NCBI GenBank assembly: GCA_002104945.1
Contig: MCFH01000131.1
Location: 1 to 32,001, forward strand
Source of the DNA: Piromyces finnis finn
Lineage: Eukaryota; Fungi; Neocallimastigomycota
Reading direction: 5' to 3'
DNA: 32,001 bases
Part shown: piece after piece, positions 9,757 to 21,882 of the stretch
Numbering within the stretch: position 1 is the stretch's first letter
Layout: every line of letters begins with the position of its first letter
Position numbers and translations under genes: made by a program
Notes under the pieces: generated by a model
The model's database searches: none
Seen by the model: only the letters and a program-made list of their open reading frames with translations
Told to the model about the DNA's origin: nothing

Positions 9757-9767
9757 TGCCCCTCTTC

Positions 9768-11460
9768 TTAAGTCGAGCCCCTGAGCGACTTATATTTAAG
9801 GTATTCCTGGATCATTTGAGGGTCATCGATTTCATCTTCTTTAAGCCATGTACTTTCTGAAGGTAATAAGTTTTTCCAAACCATAAAGTAGTACTTAATT
9901 CCATTAACAACTTTTTCACTAACTATCTTCAATGGAATTCTTCCTTCAACAGAATCGGTAGCAATGTTTGGAATTCTAGAAGTTGATTCATTCACTTCAA
10001 CTTCTCTTTCAACATAAGGTTCTAAGTTCGAAATATGGAAAACGGGATGACATCTTAAACTTTCTGGTAGTTCCAATTTATAAGAAACAGGTCCTGTTTT
10101 CTCAATAATCTTAAATGGTCCAAGTTTCTTATTTGTTAATTTTGGAGGTCCTTTAGGAAGTAAGTCAGGACGCTTTAACCAAACTAAGTCACCAACCTTT
10201 AACTTAGGTCCAATAAGTCTAATACAATCGGCATACTTCTTATATCTTTCCTTGGCTTTTTCTAAGTTCTTCTTTAAAAATTTAATATTATCTTGCATCT
10301 GAGAGGCGTGCCTGTTAGCTCTTCTATTGTCGCTATCAGCAGGAATTTCGGTACTAAATCTTGGATTTTGCCCATAATTTGCAAAGAATGGTGTTTGATT
10401 TATAGATTGCTGAAGTGTATTATTATACGCAAATTCAGCATAAGGCAAAAGGTTCATCCAGTTATCTTTTCTTTTGTTAATATAACATCTAAGAAATTGT
10501 TCTAAAATACTATTTACACGTTCAGTCTGCCCGTCTGTTTAAGGATGGTGAGCACTCGAAATATTGTGCTTAATGTTCAACAAAGTGCATAATCTTTGCC
10601 AAAATTCAGAAGTAAATTGGGTTCCTCGATCCGATATTATTTCATCAGGTAGGCCATGTAAACGAAAAACTTCTCTAAAGAAAACATCAGCGGCAATTTG
10701 AGCAGTCGGAATCATTCTAAACGGAATAAAATGAGCCATCTTCGTTAATCTATCCACAACAACCATTATAACTGTTTTTTCCTTTGACTTTGGCAAATCA
10801 GTTATAAAATCCATAGAAACAGAAGACCACGGTCTTTCCGGAGTTGGTAGCGGCTGTAAAAGTCCATAAGGTCTATGACGATCAACCTTAGCAGCTCCAC
10901 AAACTTTACAAGAAGCAATAAACTTAACTATATCTTGAGTCATGTTTATCCAAACAAAGTTTCTTGTAATTAATTCTTTTGTTTTGATAATACCAAAATG
11001 ACCATGAATTGGATTATCATGATGCATTGAGATTATTATATCTCTCATTTTCTTTGGTACATAAATTAAACTTTTATACAAAAGAATTCCTTCTTCGCTT
11101 AACTTAAAATTCTTCATTAACTTCTTATACTTCTTACTTGCGGTAGATTTTCCTTGTAGAATATTTATTAACTCCTTAATTTCTTCATCTTCTTTAATTT
11201 CTTTAATTAAATCTTCTTTGAGATTCCCTTGAATAGACACAAGACATAAAGTATCTTCGATTTCTTTAACTGTCAAGCAAGAATAGGCTTCTTCGTCTTC
11301 TTTATTACTTTTATCTTCTTCATAATCAGGACGTCTTGAAAAAGCATCAGGTTTACCACCTTCTTTACCCGGTCTATATTGTATTTTGAAATCATAACGG
11401 GTCAAAAACAAATTCCAGCGAATTTGTCTTTGCGACAATAGTTCAGGCTTTCTAGGAAAG
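9768..11460 (-). pseudogene. Ty3/gypsy chromovirus pol fragment: end of RNase H, integrase and chromodomain, with one in-frame stop
   Basis: LSQRQIRW, HH...HGHFG...CKVC zinc finger, SMDF, SDRG, HP*TDGQTERVN (TAA at 10539-10541), GPF, CHPVFH and the chromodomain YFMVWKN...STW. Confidence 0.93.
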
Positions 11461-12231
11461 GTATTTAATACGTATTTAAAATAATGTACAATGTATTGAA
11501 TTAATGTACCGTAAATCTTTACAAAATTTATATCACAATACATTAACATAAATCTATGTGAAATCTAAAGTTACGATAAAATAATGTATTACAATACATT
11601 AACATAAATTTATGTAAATTTAATTTTATGATAAGATAAAGTTTTTGATGATAAAATAAATTTTTTAAATTAAATAATTTTTAACCAATAAATATTTTAG
11701 ATAAGAAAAATTTTTTTTTTATAAACTAAGCCTCAAAATTAGAAATAAATAAATTAAATATATGTTTGAAATATAATCAATCATATAGTAAATAAATCAA
11801 AACTTTATTTTAAGTTTAGTAAATAAATTGAATTTAAATAGTTTAATACAAATAAATTCTTTTAATAAATGCATAAATGTAAACAATGTAAAATTATAAT
11901 ATTAAAACATGTATATTAGAATTTATTCAATTTATATAAAAAGTATAAATAAAGAAAATTTTTCAACTATTGAAACGATAGTTGGAAAATCGTATAGTTA
12001 GTTATATAGTTAGTTTAGATTATTAGTTTTAATTTAATTAGTTAATAATTGATTACCTAGTGAGGGCTCTGGTGAAATAACCTTCACGGTAAAGTAATCA
12101 ACGGTTGTTTTAGTTTAGTTTAGTTTAATATAATTTAATAAATAAATAAAGTTTAATAATAAATAAATTTATAACTAGTGTTTAGTTTAGTTAGTGTATA
12201 CAAACCTGAACTTAGAATAGAATATTTTACA
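11461..12231 (+). repeat. Family H LTR, second copy, inverted relative to 8929-9756 and missing about 28 bp of its 5' end
   Basis: Reverse complement of about 8929-9730. A diverged block at about 11995-12050 shows it is a distinct copy. Ends AATATTTTACA. Confidence 0.9.
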
Positions 12232-12726
12232 GTAAGAAATATTTGTGGCCATAAGTTTGCCCACAAATATTTCAATTGAAACCATATATTCTGGTCACCA
12301 TTTATTGGCCAGATATATGTATAACCATATATTAATGGTTATTAATTAAATAGGAAGTTTATTTACTTTACCCAATCAAGTGGTAAAGAAAATAAACTAA
12401 TATAGTTAAATAGTATAGTTGAAACTAACGTTAAATACTTTAGCGTTAGTATTAAAGTAAATTAGTAACTATAATAATAATTAATGTATATAATTATAAT
12501 TAATAAATAAAAGATAATAATTATAATAATTATTTAAGTAAATAATATTTCATATTAATATTTATTTGTTTTATATTTATTTTTGTGTTATAATATTTAT
12601 TTTAGTTCTTTTATTATTTTTTATAAAACTTTATTTAGTTATTAACTCGTATAGAGAGGTAATAACTAACTTAATTAGCTAAATATTAATAACTTATTAA
12701 CTAATATTATAAAAACACCTTTTACA
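12232..12726 (+). repeat. 5' LTR of G (about 496 bp; the first T is lost at the junction with LTR H)
   Basis: (T)GTAAGAAAT...CCTTTTACA; matches 18635-18825 and the interrupted copy ending at 22974. Confidence 0.92.
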
Positions 12727-12737
12727 ATACTAACGCT
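12727..12737 (+). other. Self-priming type PBS of family G
   Basis: ATACTAACGCT is the exact reverse complement of AGCGTTAGTAT at 12442-12452. No TGG tRNA-type PBS is present. Confidence 0.85.
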
Positions 12738-13027
12738 TTATAGTTAGTTCTTACGTTAGCTTAGTTTTAATTAGGTTAATTTTATTAAAAGTTCTTAAAA
12801 AACATATTTTATTTTATTTAAATTATTGTTTAATAATAATTATTTACAATATTTTATATAATATTCAAATATTATATTTAAAAGAAGTAAATTTATTATT
12901 AAAAATAATTATTTTCTAATAGTTTAGTAATAAAAAATTCATTAATTTAAATTTTAAAATTCATCACAATCATATTTTATATAATAAATTCTTTAATTTA
13001 TTGAAAGAATTTATTTTTGAATTAGAA

Positions 13028-16000
13028 ATGAAAAATACAGGTAAGTCCCCTAACCCTCGAGGTGTCCATAAATTGGACACAAAAACATCATTCGTAAGGG
13101 ACGGGACCCGTCCTGACGCGGCGAGCGCGGATGGCATGGATGGTGTAGAGGGAATGTCACGGGTTCGAACCCCGGTGCTTCTCGAAAGCACCGAGGTCGA
13201 ATCTAATCAGAATTTACAGGTTCAACAGGGGGATTCTATGCCCGCCCCTGTTGATCCTTCTTTCTTTTTTACTAATAATAGTGAGGTAAACCCAATGCAG
13301 CACATTGAAGTTCTTCTTAATAGATGGGTTTCGGAAATATCTAGCCAGTTTGCTAGTATGGGAAACCGTCTGGGTGCTATGGAAGAACAACTTCGGGGTA
13401 TTGAGGTTTACAAGAGCGAGATAAACGATGCTTTTCAGCAAAAATTTGTTGAAGTGGATCAAAGGTTGGAAGCAAATGAGTCAGCTAGCCAAGTTAGCTT
13501 GGAAGAGCTGCATGCTGTGGAAAATGCCTTTACTGCAGAACATGAGGAAAGGTTACAAGACCACCAGCAAGTGTTAAACAACCAAGAAACGTTGTACCGC
13601 CAATCTAGTGCCTTTGTCTCTTATAAAAAAGAGCTTGAAGAAGAGATGGCCAGATTGAGGGAGCAACGAAACGCTCTAGAAGAAAGAGAAAAATTGTTCG
13701 AGGCTAAAGTCGAAGCCATGAACAGAAGAGCTGAAGCCAGAACTCAAGAAAGAACATCCTATCAAACCGGTGGTATGGGTAACCCTCATGGTGCTGGAAC
13801 TAGTAGTAGCACCAACCCTACGGAATACTCCGAGGATGGGGACGTGAAGATGTTCGACTGGCGAGTACATAGGTATGAAGTAAAAGTGCCTATGTTTGAT
13901 AACAATGGGATAGATTTAGAGGGTTTTCAGGAGAAGTGCTTACGTCATTTCAAACGTTACCCATATGACTATGGTAACGACGAAAAGGCAAAGGTTAGCT
14001 TCATTGAAGATCATCTAGGTGGGAAAGTATTGAGATGGTATAGACTCAGAGAGAGGATGTTGCAGCGTAGGAATCCTGATGCTGAAAGACTATTCCTCCA
14101 CCTTCAAGATAAGTTTCCACCAGAGTCTCCCCATGAACTCTGCAAGTCAAAGTTGCTTAAGCTCACACATGAGTGGGGAAAAGCATACGATTACTTGGAA
14201 GAGTTCAATGAATTGACGGAAACACTTGGGCTCCCTGAAAATGTTAGGAGACAGGTGTTAATACAACAGGTCAGGCCTTCTGTCCGGGAAGCGTTCTATG
14301 ATATCCCTGAACAGGAACGTACGCTGGAAACATTAAGTGAAGTCTTGTTAAAGTGCGATGATCACCAAGCAGTCTTCCGTAATGAAACCATAGAAAAGTA
14401 CGACAAAAGAGACCGCCAGACCACTATTATGGCATTGTTGGACATTACAGACCCATGTAGGCCATCTAGATGGGCTGAGTTGAAGCAGAAGAACAACAAG
14501 CCAAATAATAAGCCTAAAGTTGAGCAGACCAACACTCAGGCTTACGCAAAAAACAATAACGGTACTAAAGAGCGTCGTGAATCCTTAAATAAGTCAAGCT
14601 TTAGAAGAAGTTCTAGCTTCCAACCAAAGCAAGGACCTTCTAGTATGGGAAATAACCCATTACCTAAGGCTATGGCAAGTCAAACGACGGTCAATAACAG
14701 TTACTACAGTCAGAACCAACTAGTAGCTGAAATAAATGCAAGAAGCAACCCTCGAGATATAAAAAGGGTAGAAGTCTTGTATGATACTGGTTCCACTACA
14801 AACCTCATCCACCCAAATTTAGCAAAGAAGCTCGGGTTAAAGGTAGTGGATAAACCAGCCATATTCAGAACTGTGAATGGAGATATCGAGTTAAAGCAGT
14901 TCTCAGATGACTTGCAGTTGAAGTTATGGTTAACTCCATCTGGCGAACAAGAAGCTAAACCATACTGCTTCAACACAAGTTGTCACCTATCCGACAACAT
15001 GCCGGAGATGATCATTGTGGGACTGGGCTTCATGGATGAGCACTTTATCTACAGAGGATATGATAAAGATGCACAAGTGAGGTACTTCGTAGTAGATAAT
15101 GATAAGGATAAAGGACATACCAACAGTTATGGTGTAAATGGTGGCGACATCTACTACTGTACTCAATTAAGTCCCATAACTACAGTTACTAATGCAAAAG
15201 CAAGAAGGCCTCTGGTAACTGTAACTGCGGAAAACATAGAAGCCGAAATCGTGGGTAATGGTAGCCACAAGGCTACAAGAGAAACCAGAAACGGAAGTTC
15301 CGGAGGGTTGGCATCGAGTTCCAACTTAGAGAAAACTTGTGTTTCAGTAGGGTTGGTACAGAGTGCTAACTTAGAGAAAAAATGTGTTTCCGGAGGGTTG
15401 ACACGAAGTTCTGACTTAGAGAAAAATCCCGTTTCAGTAGGGTTGGTACAGAGTGTTGACTTAGAGAAAAAATGTGATTCCGGAGGGTTGGCATTTGAAT
15501 CCAACTTAGAGAAAACTTGTGTTTCAGTAGGGTTGGTACAAGAGTCGAACTTAGAGAAAAATCACATTTACGTAGGGTTGGTACAGGAAGAAAACTTAAA
15601 CGAAAATCAACCTACACCTGAGGAAATCGTGGAGAAGTACTACCACAATTTCAAAGAAGCATTTAATGAAGAAATAGCCAACCAGCTACCAGAACACCGT
15701 CCTTACGACTGTAAGATCGACCTGGAGCCGGATGCTAGTCTTCATAAAGGGCCTATATATCCCTTCAATCCCGAAGAGGAAAAAGCACTGAAGGAATATA
15801 TAGAGGAAAACCTGGCAAAGGGCTTCATCAGGAAGTCAGAGAGTCCTGCAGGTTATCCTGTGTTATTCGTGCCCAAAAAGAGTGGTGAAAGACAATTATG
15901 TACTGACTATAGGCGTCTTAATAAGGTAACAGTGCGTAACTCCTTTCCCTTACCACTCATCAGTCAAGTGTTCGAGGCTATGAAAGGCGCGACTATCTTC

Positions 16001-18613
16001 TCCAAGTTGGATTTGAAGTCTGCTTACAACCTCGTGCGTATTCGTGAAGGTGACGAATACAAGACGGCATTCTCAACCAAGTTTGGGCATTACGAATATC
16101 TAGTGATGCCATTTGGGTTGACTAATGCACCTGCCACGTTCCAAGGGTTCATTAATACGGTGCTGGCAGAGGAAATCAATGACTGCTGTCAAGTGTACTT
16201 GGATGATATCATCATCTACTCCAAGTCACTTGAAGAGCATGTAAGGCATGTAAAAAGAGTCCTACAAAAGCTAATAGATAATCGTCTAGTAGCTAAGTTA
16301 GCGAAGTGTGAGTTCCACAAGGAAGAACTTGCATTCCTGGGTCATGTAGTTGGAAAATATGGTATTAAAACCGACCCAGAGAAGTTAAAAGCTGTTGCAA
16401 GTTGGCCACAACCAACCAACCTCAAAGAACTACAGTCATTCCTTGGATTCTGCAACTATTATAGGAAGTTTATAAAGGACTTCTCTAAGATAGCAAGGCC
16501 GTTATATGCTATGACGTCCAAAAAGGTACAGTTCCTGTGGAATGAAGAACGCATCCAGGCGTTCGAGAAGTTAAAAGAAATGCTGTTGTCTCCACCAGTA
16601 TTAGCATATCCTGATCATGACCGTCAGTTTATAGTGGAGTGCGACGCTAGTAACTACGCGGTGGGTGGTGTATTATCACAACTAGGCGATGATAATGAAC
16701 TACACCCTGTGTATTACTATTCCAAGAAGCTTACGAAAGCAGAAATCAACTACTCCATCACTGAAAAGGAGTTGTTGGCTATTAGGAATGCTTTCATCGA
16801 GTGGCGACACCTGTTGATGGGTGCGAAACATAAGGTCCTAGTATATAGTGACCATAGGAATCTCCTGTTCGCCACAAAACCACAGTTGTTGACAGCAAGA
16901 CAGGCAAGATGGCAAGAGCTGTTTGCTGCATACAACTTCGAAATAATATATCGGCCAGGAAAAATGAATGGTAGAGCCGATATCCTATCAAGAATGGTAT
17001 CTCCAGAACAGGTACAACTGGAGATGGAAAAAGCTAGCCTCCTTCGACCAGAACAGGTAAAAGAATTTCCACCCGTGGAAGAAGAGTGCTATGCGGTGTT
17101 AGAAGTAAGCTTCGTGGGAGAATTGAAACAAGCTTACAACACGGATGAGCTTGCTAGGGAAATTAGAGATGGTCTTGACGCAAAAAGAGGCCACAAGCTC
17201 ATCAAAAAGAAGTGATTGATGGTTAATGGGTTGATTGTTAGAAAGGATGCACCAGAACGTACATATGTACCAAAGGTGTTAAGGGAAACAATCATAAAAC
17301 TTAACCATGATAGTGAAACAGCGGGTCACTTAGGAAAGGATAAGACTTACGACCTGATAGCCAGAAACTATTACTGGCCAAAAATGAAGGATGACATTGC
17401 GGGTTATATTAAAGCTTGCACCATATGTTGTACCCAAAAGGACAACAGACACAAGCCGTACGGTAGCGCTGCTAGGGTAAAAGTTGCAGACTTACCTTGG
17501 CAAGAAGTAGAAATTGACTTCCTGACGGACCTACCTATTAAGGAACGCAGAAAACCAGGTAGTAGTCCCTCAGAACCCCCAGAAGTCACTAGAAGAGGTT
17601 GTATCATGGTTTGTAGCGATAAGTTAACCAAAATGATACACTTAGTGGGATTTAGGAGTATGCCTACTGCTAAAGAAACAGCCTTAGCATACTTACAACA
17701 TGTATTCAAGTTACATGGTTGTCCCAAATCGGTTACTACGGATCGTGGTGTCCAGTTCACTAGTAAGTTGTGGAAGGACATTATGGGGTTCTTTGGCGTA
17801 GAAGTAAACCTTGCTACTACTGGCCATCATGAAACAGTTGGTCAGGTTGAACGTAACAACTCCTACGTAAGTATGTACCTTAGATGCTTTGTGAAGACCT
17901 TTGATGATGACGAATGGTTGAAGTACTTGTACTTAGCTGAGTTCTGTTATAATAATGCAGTGCACAGTTCTACCAAGTAGTCCCCATTCCTAGCCTTGTA
18001 TAACTACCAGGTACATATGAACCCTCAAGACTCAGAACTTGTCCACTCACTTGGCGAAGCTCCTATATTAGATAGCTTCGCTCACAACTTAGGTAACTTA
18101 AAGCACATGCTGGACATATCAAGAACACGGTTCTTAGACCACTTGGACCATAGAAGAGAACTTAACTACCCTAAAATTAGGCTCATGGATTTGGTGTGGT
18201 TAAGAAAACCAGAAAATTACAACCCTCTTCCCTTCTACAAGCTACAAGCAAGAAAGTACGGTCCCTTCAAGGTTATTGGAATTGATGAAAGCAAGCTTAA
18301 CTACCGGTTGGATATCAGTAAGTCACCTTTCCCCAACGTCTACCCAGTGTTTCATATCAGTGAACTTGAACCCTACCATAACAAACCTGAAGAACTAACA
18401 CCTGCACCAATGGGGTACCAGAAAATCATCAAAATCATGAATGCCAGAAGAAAGAAGGATAACTACCAATACTTAGCTACCTTTAGTGACTTTAGGCAAG
18501 AGTGGGTTGATGCTGATATCATTGACAAGAACTCCCACTATGATAAGCTACTCAAGGAATTTCAAGATAAATGCTACCAGGAATTCATGGTTAGTGTCCA
18601 AAACCCTGCTTAG
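13028..18613 (+). pseudogene. Gag-Pol polyprotein of G (gag, protease, RT, RNase H, integrase, chromodomain-like tail) in one frame with two in-frame stops
   Basis: First ATG at 13028. Motifs LYDTGS, YLDDII, CDASNYAVG, SDHRNL, H..AGHLG..CTIC, IDF, TDRG, GQVERNN and YGPF. TGA at 17213-17215 and TAG at 17978-17980 are in the same frame. Confidence 0.93.
15299..15613 (+). repeat. Coding tandem repeat, 7 x 45 bp (15 aa), between protease and RT
   Basis: S(G/V)GL....(N/D)LEK... units that alternate SGGL and SVGL. Confidence 0.92.
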
Positions 18614-18634
18614 GTTTTCTCCTTAGGGGGGCAT

Positions 18635-18825
18635 TGTAAGAAATATTTGTGGCCATAAGTTTGCCCACAAATATTTCAATTGAAACCATATATTCTGGTC
18701 ACCATTTATTGGCCAGATATATGTATAACCATATATTAATGGTTATTAATTAAATATGAAGTTTATTTACTTTACCCAATCAAGTGGTAAAGAAAATAAA
18801 CTAATATATATAAAAACCTTTTACA
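18635..18825 (+). repeat. 3' LTR of G with an internal deletion of about 305 bp
   Basis: Matches the first ~170 bp and last ~20 bp of the 5' LTR. The join maps to the ACTAATAT direct repeat. Confidence 0.9.
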
Positions 18826-18834
18826 GTATGTGTA

Positions 18835-19659
18835 TGTAATAATTATTATTATATATATTATATAATAATAATTATTATCTTCAATTTAATAATAATTAGT
18901 ATTATTAAACTGAGAAGTTAAAATAAAATTTTATACTTATCTTAATAAGAGTTTATTATAAGGAAGTATAATAAACAACACAAAACTTTTAATGCTAATT
19001 AATTTAAAATATTTTATTAATATTGTTTTAATAAAGGTTATTTATTATAATAGTTCTTATAATAATAACTCTGGATTTTTAAGTGGTATTCCAGAGTTCT
19101 TTTATTTATAATTTTTTAATAATTTAAAGTTTAATAAAAAATTTCTAATCTTAACAAATAATCTTTTTAGGAAAAGACTAGAAGAAAAACCTAAAAAGAT
19201 ATTCGATTGATAACTAATATATCAATCATCGTAATATTAAGTAAAACCGATTAAAATTCGGAAAAACCTTAATATCCGATTGTCCTAATATTTATTTATA
19301 TCTTCTAGTTGTTTCTATAAGTTATTTCAAGATACGATACATAAATATAAAATACAAACGTAAAATAAAATACATAATGTTTCTTATAAAATGTAATACA
19401 AAAATTATTAAATAATAGAATAAATGAATGTTTACTATTATTTTAGATAAATTACTAAATTAAATAAATAATTAATTAATATAATAATTAAATAAATTTT
19501 ACATTTAGTAAATGAATAATTAATATTAATATAAATAACTGTTTATAGTAATTTAAATGAATGTATGCTAATAATTTAAATAATTAATTAATTTAATAAT
19601 TAAAAAAATAATTAAATAAGAATTAATAATTATTCAATAAATAATTATTAATTCTTACA
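18835..19659. mobile_element. Family F solo-LTR-like insertion (825 bp)
   Basis: TGTAATAAT...ATTCTTACA near-inverted ends; 5-bp TSD GTGTA at 18830-18834 and 19660-19664. Confidence 0.8.
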
Positions 19660-19714
19660 GTGTAAGAAATATTTGTGGCCATAAGTTTGCCCACAAATAT
19701 TTCAATTGAAACCA

Positions 19715-20442
19715 TGTCACGAATACTAGTGAAATTACAATTTCAAGATCACTTGGAATTGTGAAATCACTTATGAAAATTCAAAATCAACAAATATTTT
19801 ATTTTCAAATAAATTATTAAATTTTATTAAGAAATATTTAAAAATTTAGAAAAGGTTAAAATATGACCTTAACCCTTAATAATTTTTATAATAAATAACT
19901 TTAACCCTTATCGTTAAAATGGAATAAGGAAAAACACGCGTATCTCCTCAACGAATGACGATTTTTGAATAAAAATGTTTTGGTTATAATTACGTTCGTT
20001 AGAAAGCCACGCTCGAGACAAACAACATATCTTAAAATCAGGTCAATATCTCTGCTGGTTCACGAGATATTCCAATTTAAAGATATTTTGTTAGCAATGA
20101 TTAATTGTTTATTCAGAGAATGATCACCCCTGATATATCAAACATAAATCATTCACTCAAAGTATAAAAATTATTGTTTAATTAAATTAAAATTATTTTC
20201 CGGAACTAATTAACTTTATTTTATAATAATTATTTCAATAACATAATTTATAATCTTTGAACTAGAGGATTATAATTATTAATATTATATTCAATGAATT
20301 ATATTATAATTAAGAAATAATTAATATTATGAATATTATAAACAATAGTTATTTTTTAATAATTAGGAATAAGTCTTAAGTTTAGTTTAAGTATTATAAA
20401 ATATATTATGAATATAATCATGTATTGAAAAGTTATTTTATT
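19715..20442 (+). repeat. Repeat family A, right copy (starts TGTCACGA, LTR-like start; 3' end not defined, may extend to about 20875)
   Basis: Homologous to 5-625, 4573-4660 and 5666-5680. Contains the uninterrupted single CAAAT (ATTTG) site at 19806-19810. Confidence 0.85.
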
Positions 20443-20510
20443 ATTAAATGTAAAATTACAAATAGTATAAATAGTTTAGAATAGTTATGAAATTAAAATC
20501 TTTGTAAAGA

Positions 20511-20633
20511 TTATTAACTATAAATTATTAACTATAAATTATTAACTATGAATTATTAACTATAAATTATTAACTATAAATTATTAACTATGAATTATTA
20601 ACTATAGATTATTAACTAGAAATTATTAACTAT
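20511..20633. repeat. Minisatellite, about 9 x 14 bp (TTATTAACTATAAA)
   Basis: Units counted directly; the ATGAA variant occurs at units 3 and 6. Confidence 0.95.
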
Positions 20634-20879
20634 TAATAATAATTAATACTTAATGAGTATTATTACTAAATAATCTTATTATTATATTTTAGCAATATAT
20701 TATTAAATAAAATAAAAGAAATTATTTTAACCATAATATATAATTTAATTATTCATTTATAAATCAATTAAGATTATTTTAATAAAACATTTTTTTTCTA
20801 ACCTAGTTATCTTTTAACCTTTTATTTAATTTGATATTTTAATATTAAATTATAAGTTTAGTGAAACTTTTACATTCAA

Positions 20880-21877
20880 TGTGAAGATATTAACTGGATT
20901 TAAAACAAATTCAGATAATATCTATAATTAATTAAACATAATAATTAGAATTAAATAATCCCAATAATTATTTTAAAACACCTTTAAAAAGTCACCTTTT
21001 AAATTCTGATTCAGTGAAAGGATTATGATTTCAAAAAATTTAATATCAATACACTATAACCCTTAACCAAAAATAAACAAACACGAAACAAGGTGTAACT
21101 CGCCAAAAACGATCGCTACGGTTGTAAGTGATACGGCTGTGAAACCAAGTTTATTAGAAAGCTTAAGGAAAAAGCTACATTTTGGTACAATCGCGGTCCT
21201 TCTAACTGGTCATTTAAGGAAGATATGATCATTTGAAGATTTTAATAAGTAAATTAAAATTAATATGATATCAAGTATGGATCATAGACATTTCTTATGA
21301 CTTGACGAAAATTAAAAAGATATCAATAGAAATTCTAATTATATTAATTTAATTAATGATAGTGACTGTTACTAAAAATAGAACTAAACCATTTAGGTGT
21401 AACGGTTAACATTTATAAATTAAATAATTTTAATTATTATAAAATAGGTTAATGGATCAAGTGTTTAAATGATTAATCATATGTTTATTTTATTTTATGT
21501 CATGACAAAACAAACAAACAAACAAACAAACAATCTTATTATATTATTAACATATTACATGTAATACTTTATTTTTATCAATTTAATAATCTGAACAAAG
21601 AATATAAAATAGAATGAATTGAATTCGATTTTAATTCTTTGTAAAGATTATAGTTATAATCTTAATTATATAGTTATTAAATATATTATCATTTATATTA
21701 TTATTAATAAATAAATAAAATTTTATAAAAAAGTTATTCTAAAGAATAAATATTAATTTCTCATTTGGAAGTTTAAAGGGTTATTTTATATTTAAATTTA
21801 ATTTCTTAAAAAACATATTTACTATATAATTGATAACATTCTGACCTGGCCGCATAACCAAATCCAAAAACTTAACA
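20880..21877 (+). mobile_element. Family B solo-LTR-like element, copy 2
   Basis: TGTGAAG...CTTAACA; appears identical to copy 3. The flanks TTCAA and ACCAT do not match. Confidence 0.9.
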
Positions 21878-21882
21878 ACCAT

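Larger units (their letters stand above)
12232..18825 (+). mobile_element. Near full-length Ty3/gypsy retrotransposon (family G), probably a chromovirus, defective
   Basis: 5' LTR, PBS, single gag-pol frame, PPT (AGGGGGGCAT, 18625-18634) and 3' LTR in canonical order. Confidence 0.95.

Noticed and set aside
11461-11549. N-terminus MLMYCDINF... of the 336-aa ORF
   Set aside because: It derives from the antisense strand of the inverted H LTR; real pol similarity begins at 11460.
17213-17215. TGA before the integrase as a programmed read-through signal
   Set aside because: The context (AAG TGA TTG) is not a read-through motif I recognise, and a second stop at 17978 shows the copy is decaying. 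It would only matter if conserved in sister copies.
12970-17781. Short minus-strand ORFs over the gypsy gag-pol (73-125 aa)
   Set aside because: Antisense shadows of the coding strand.
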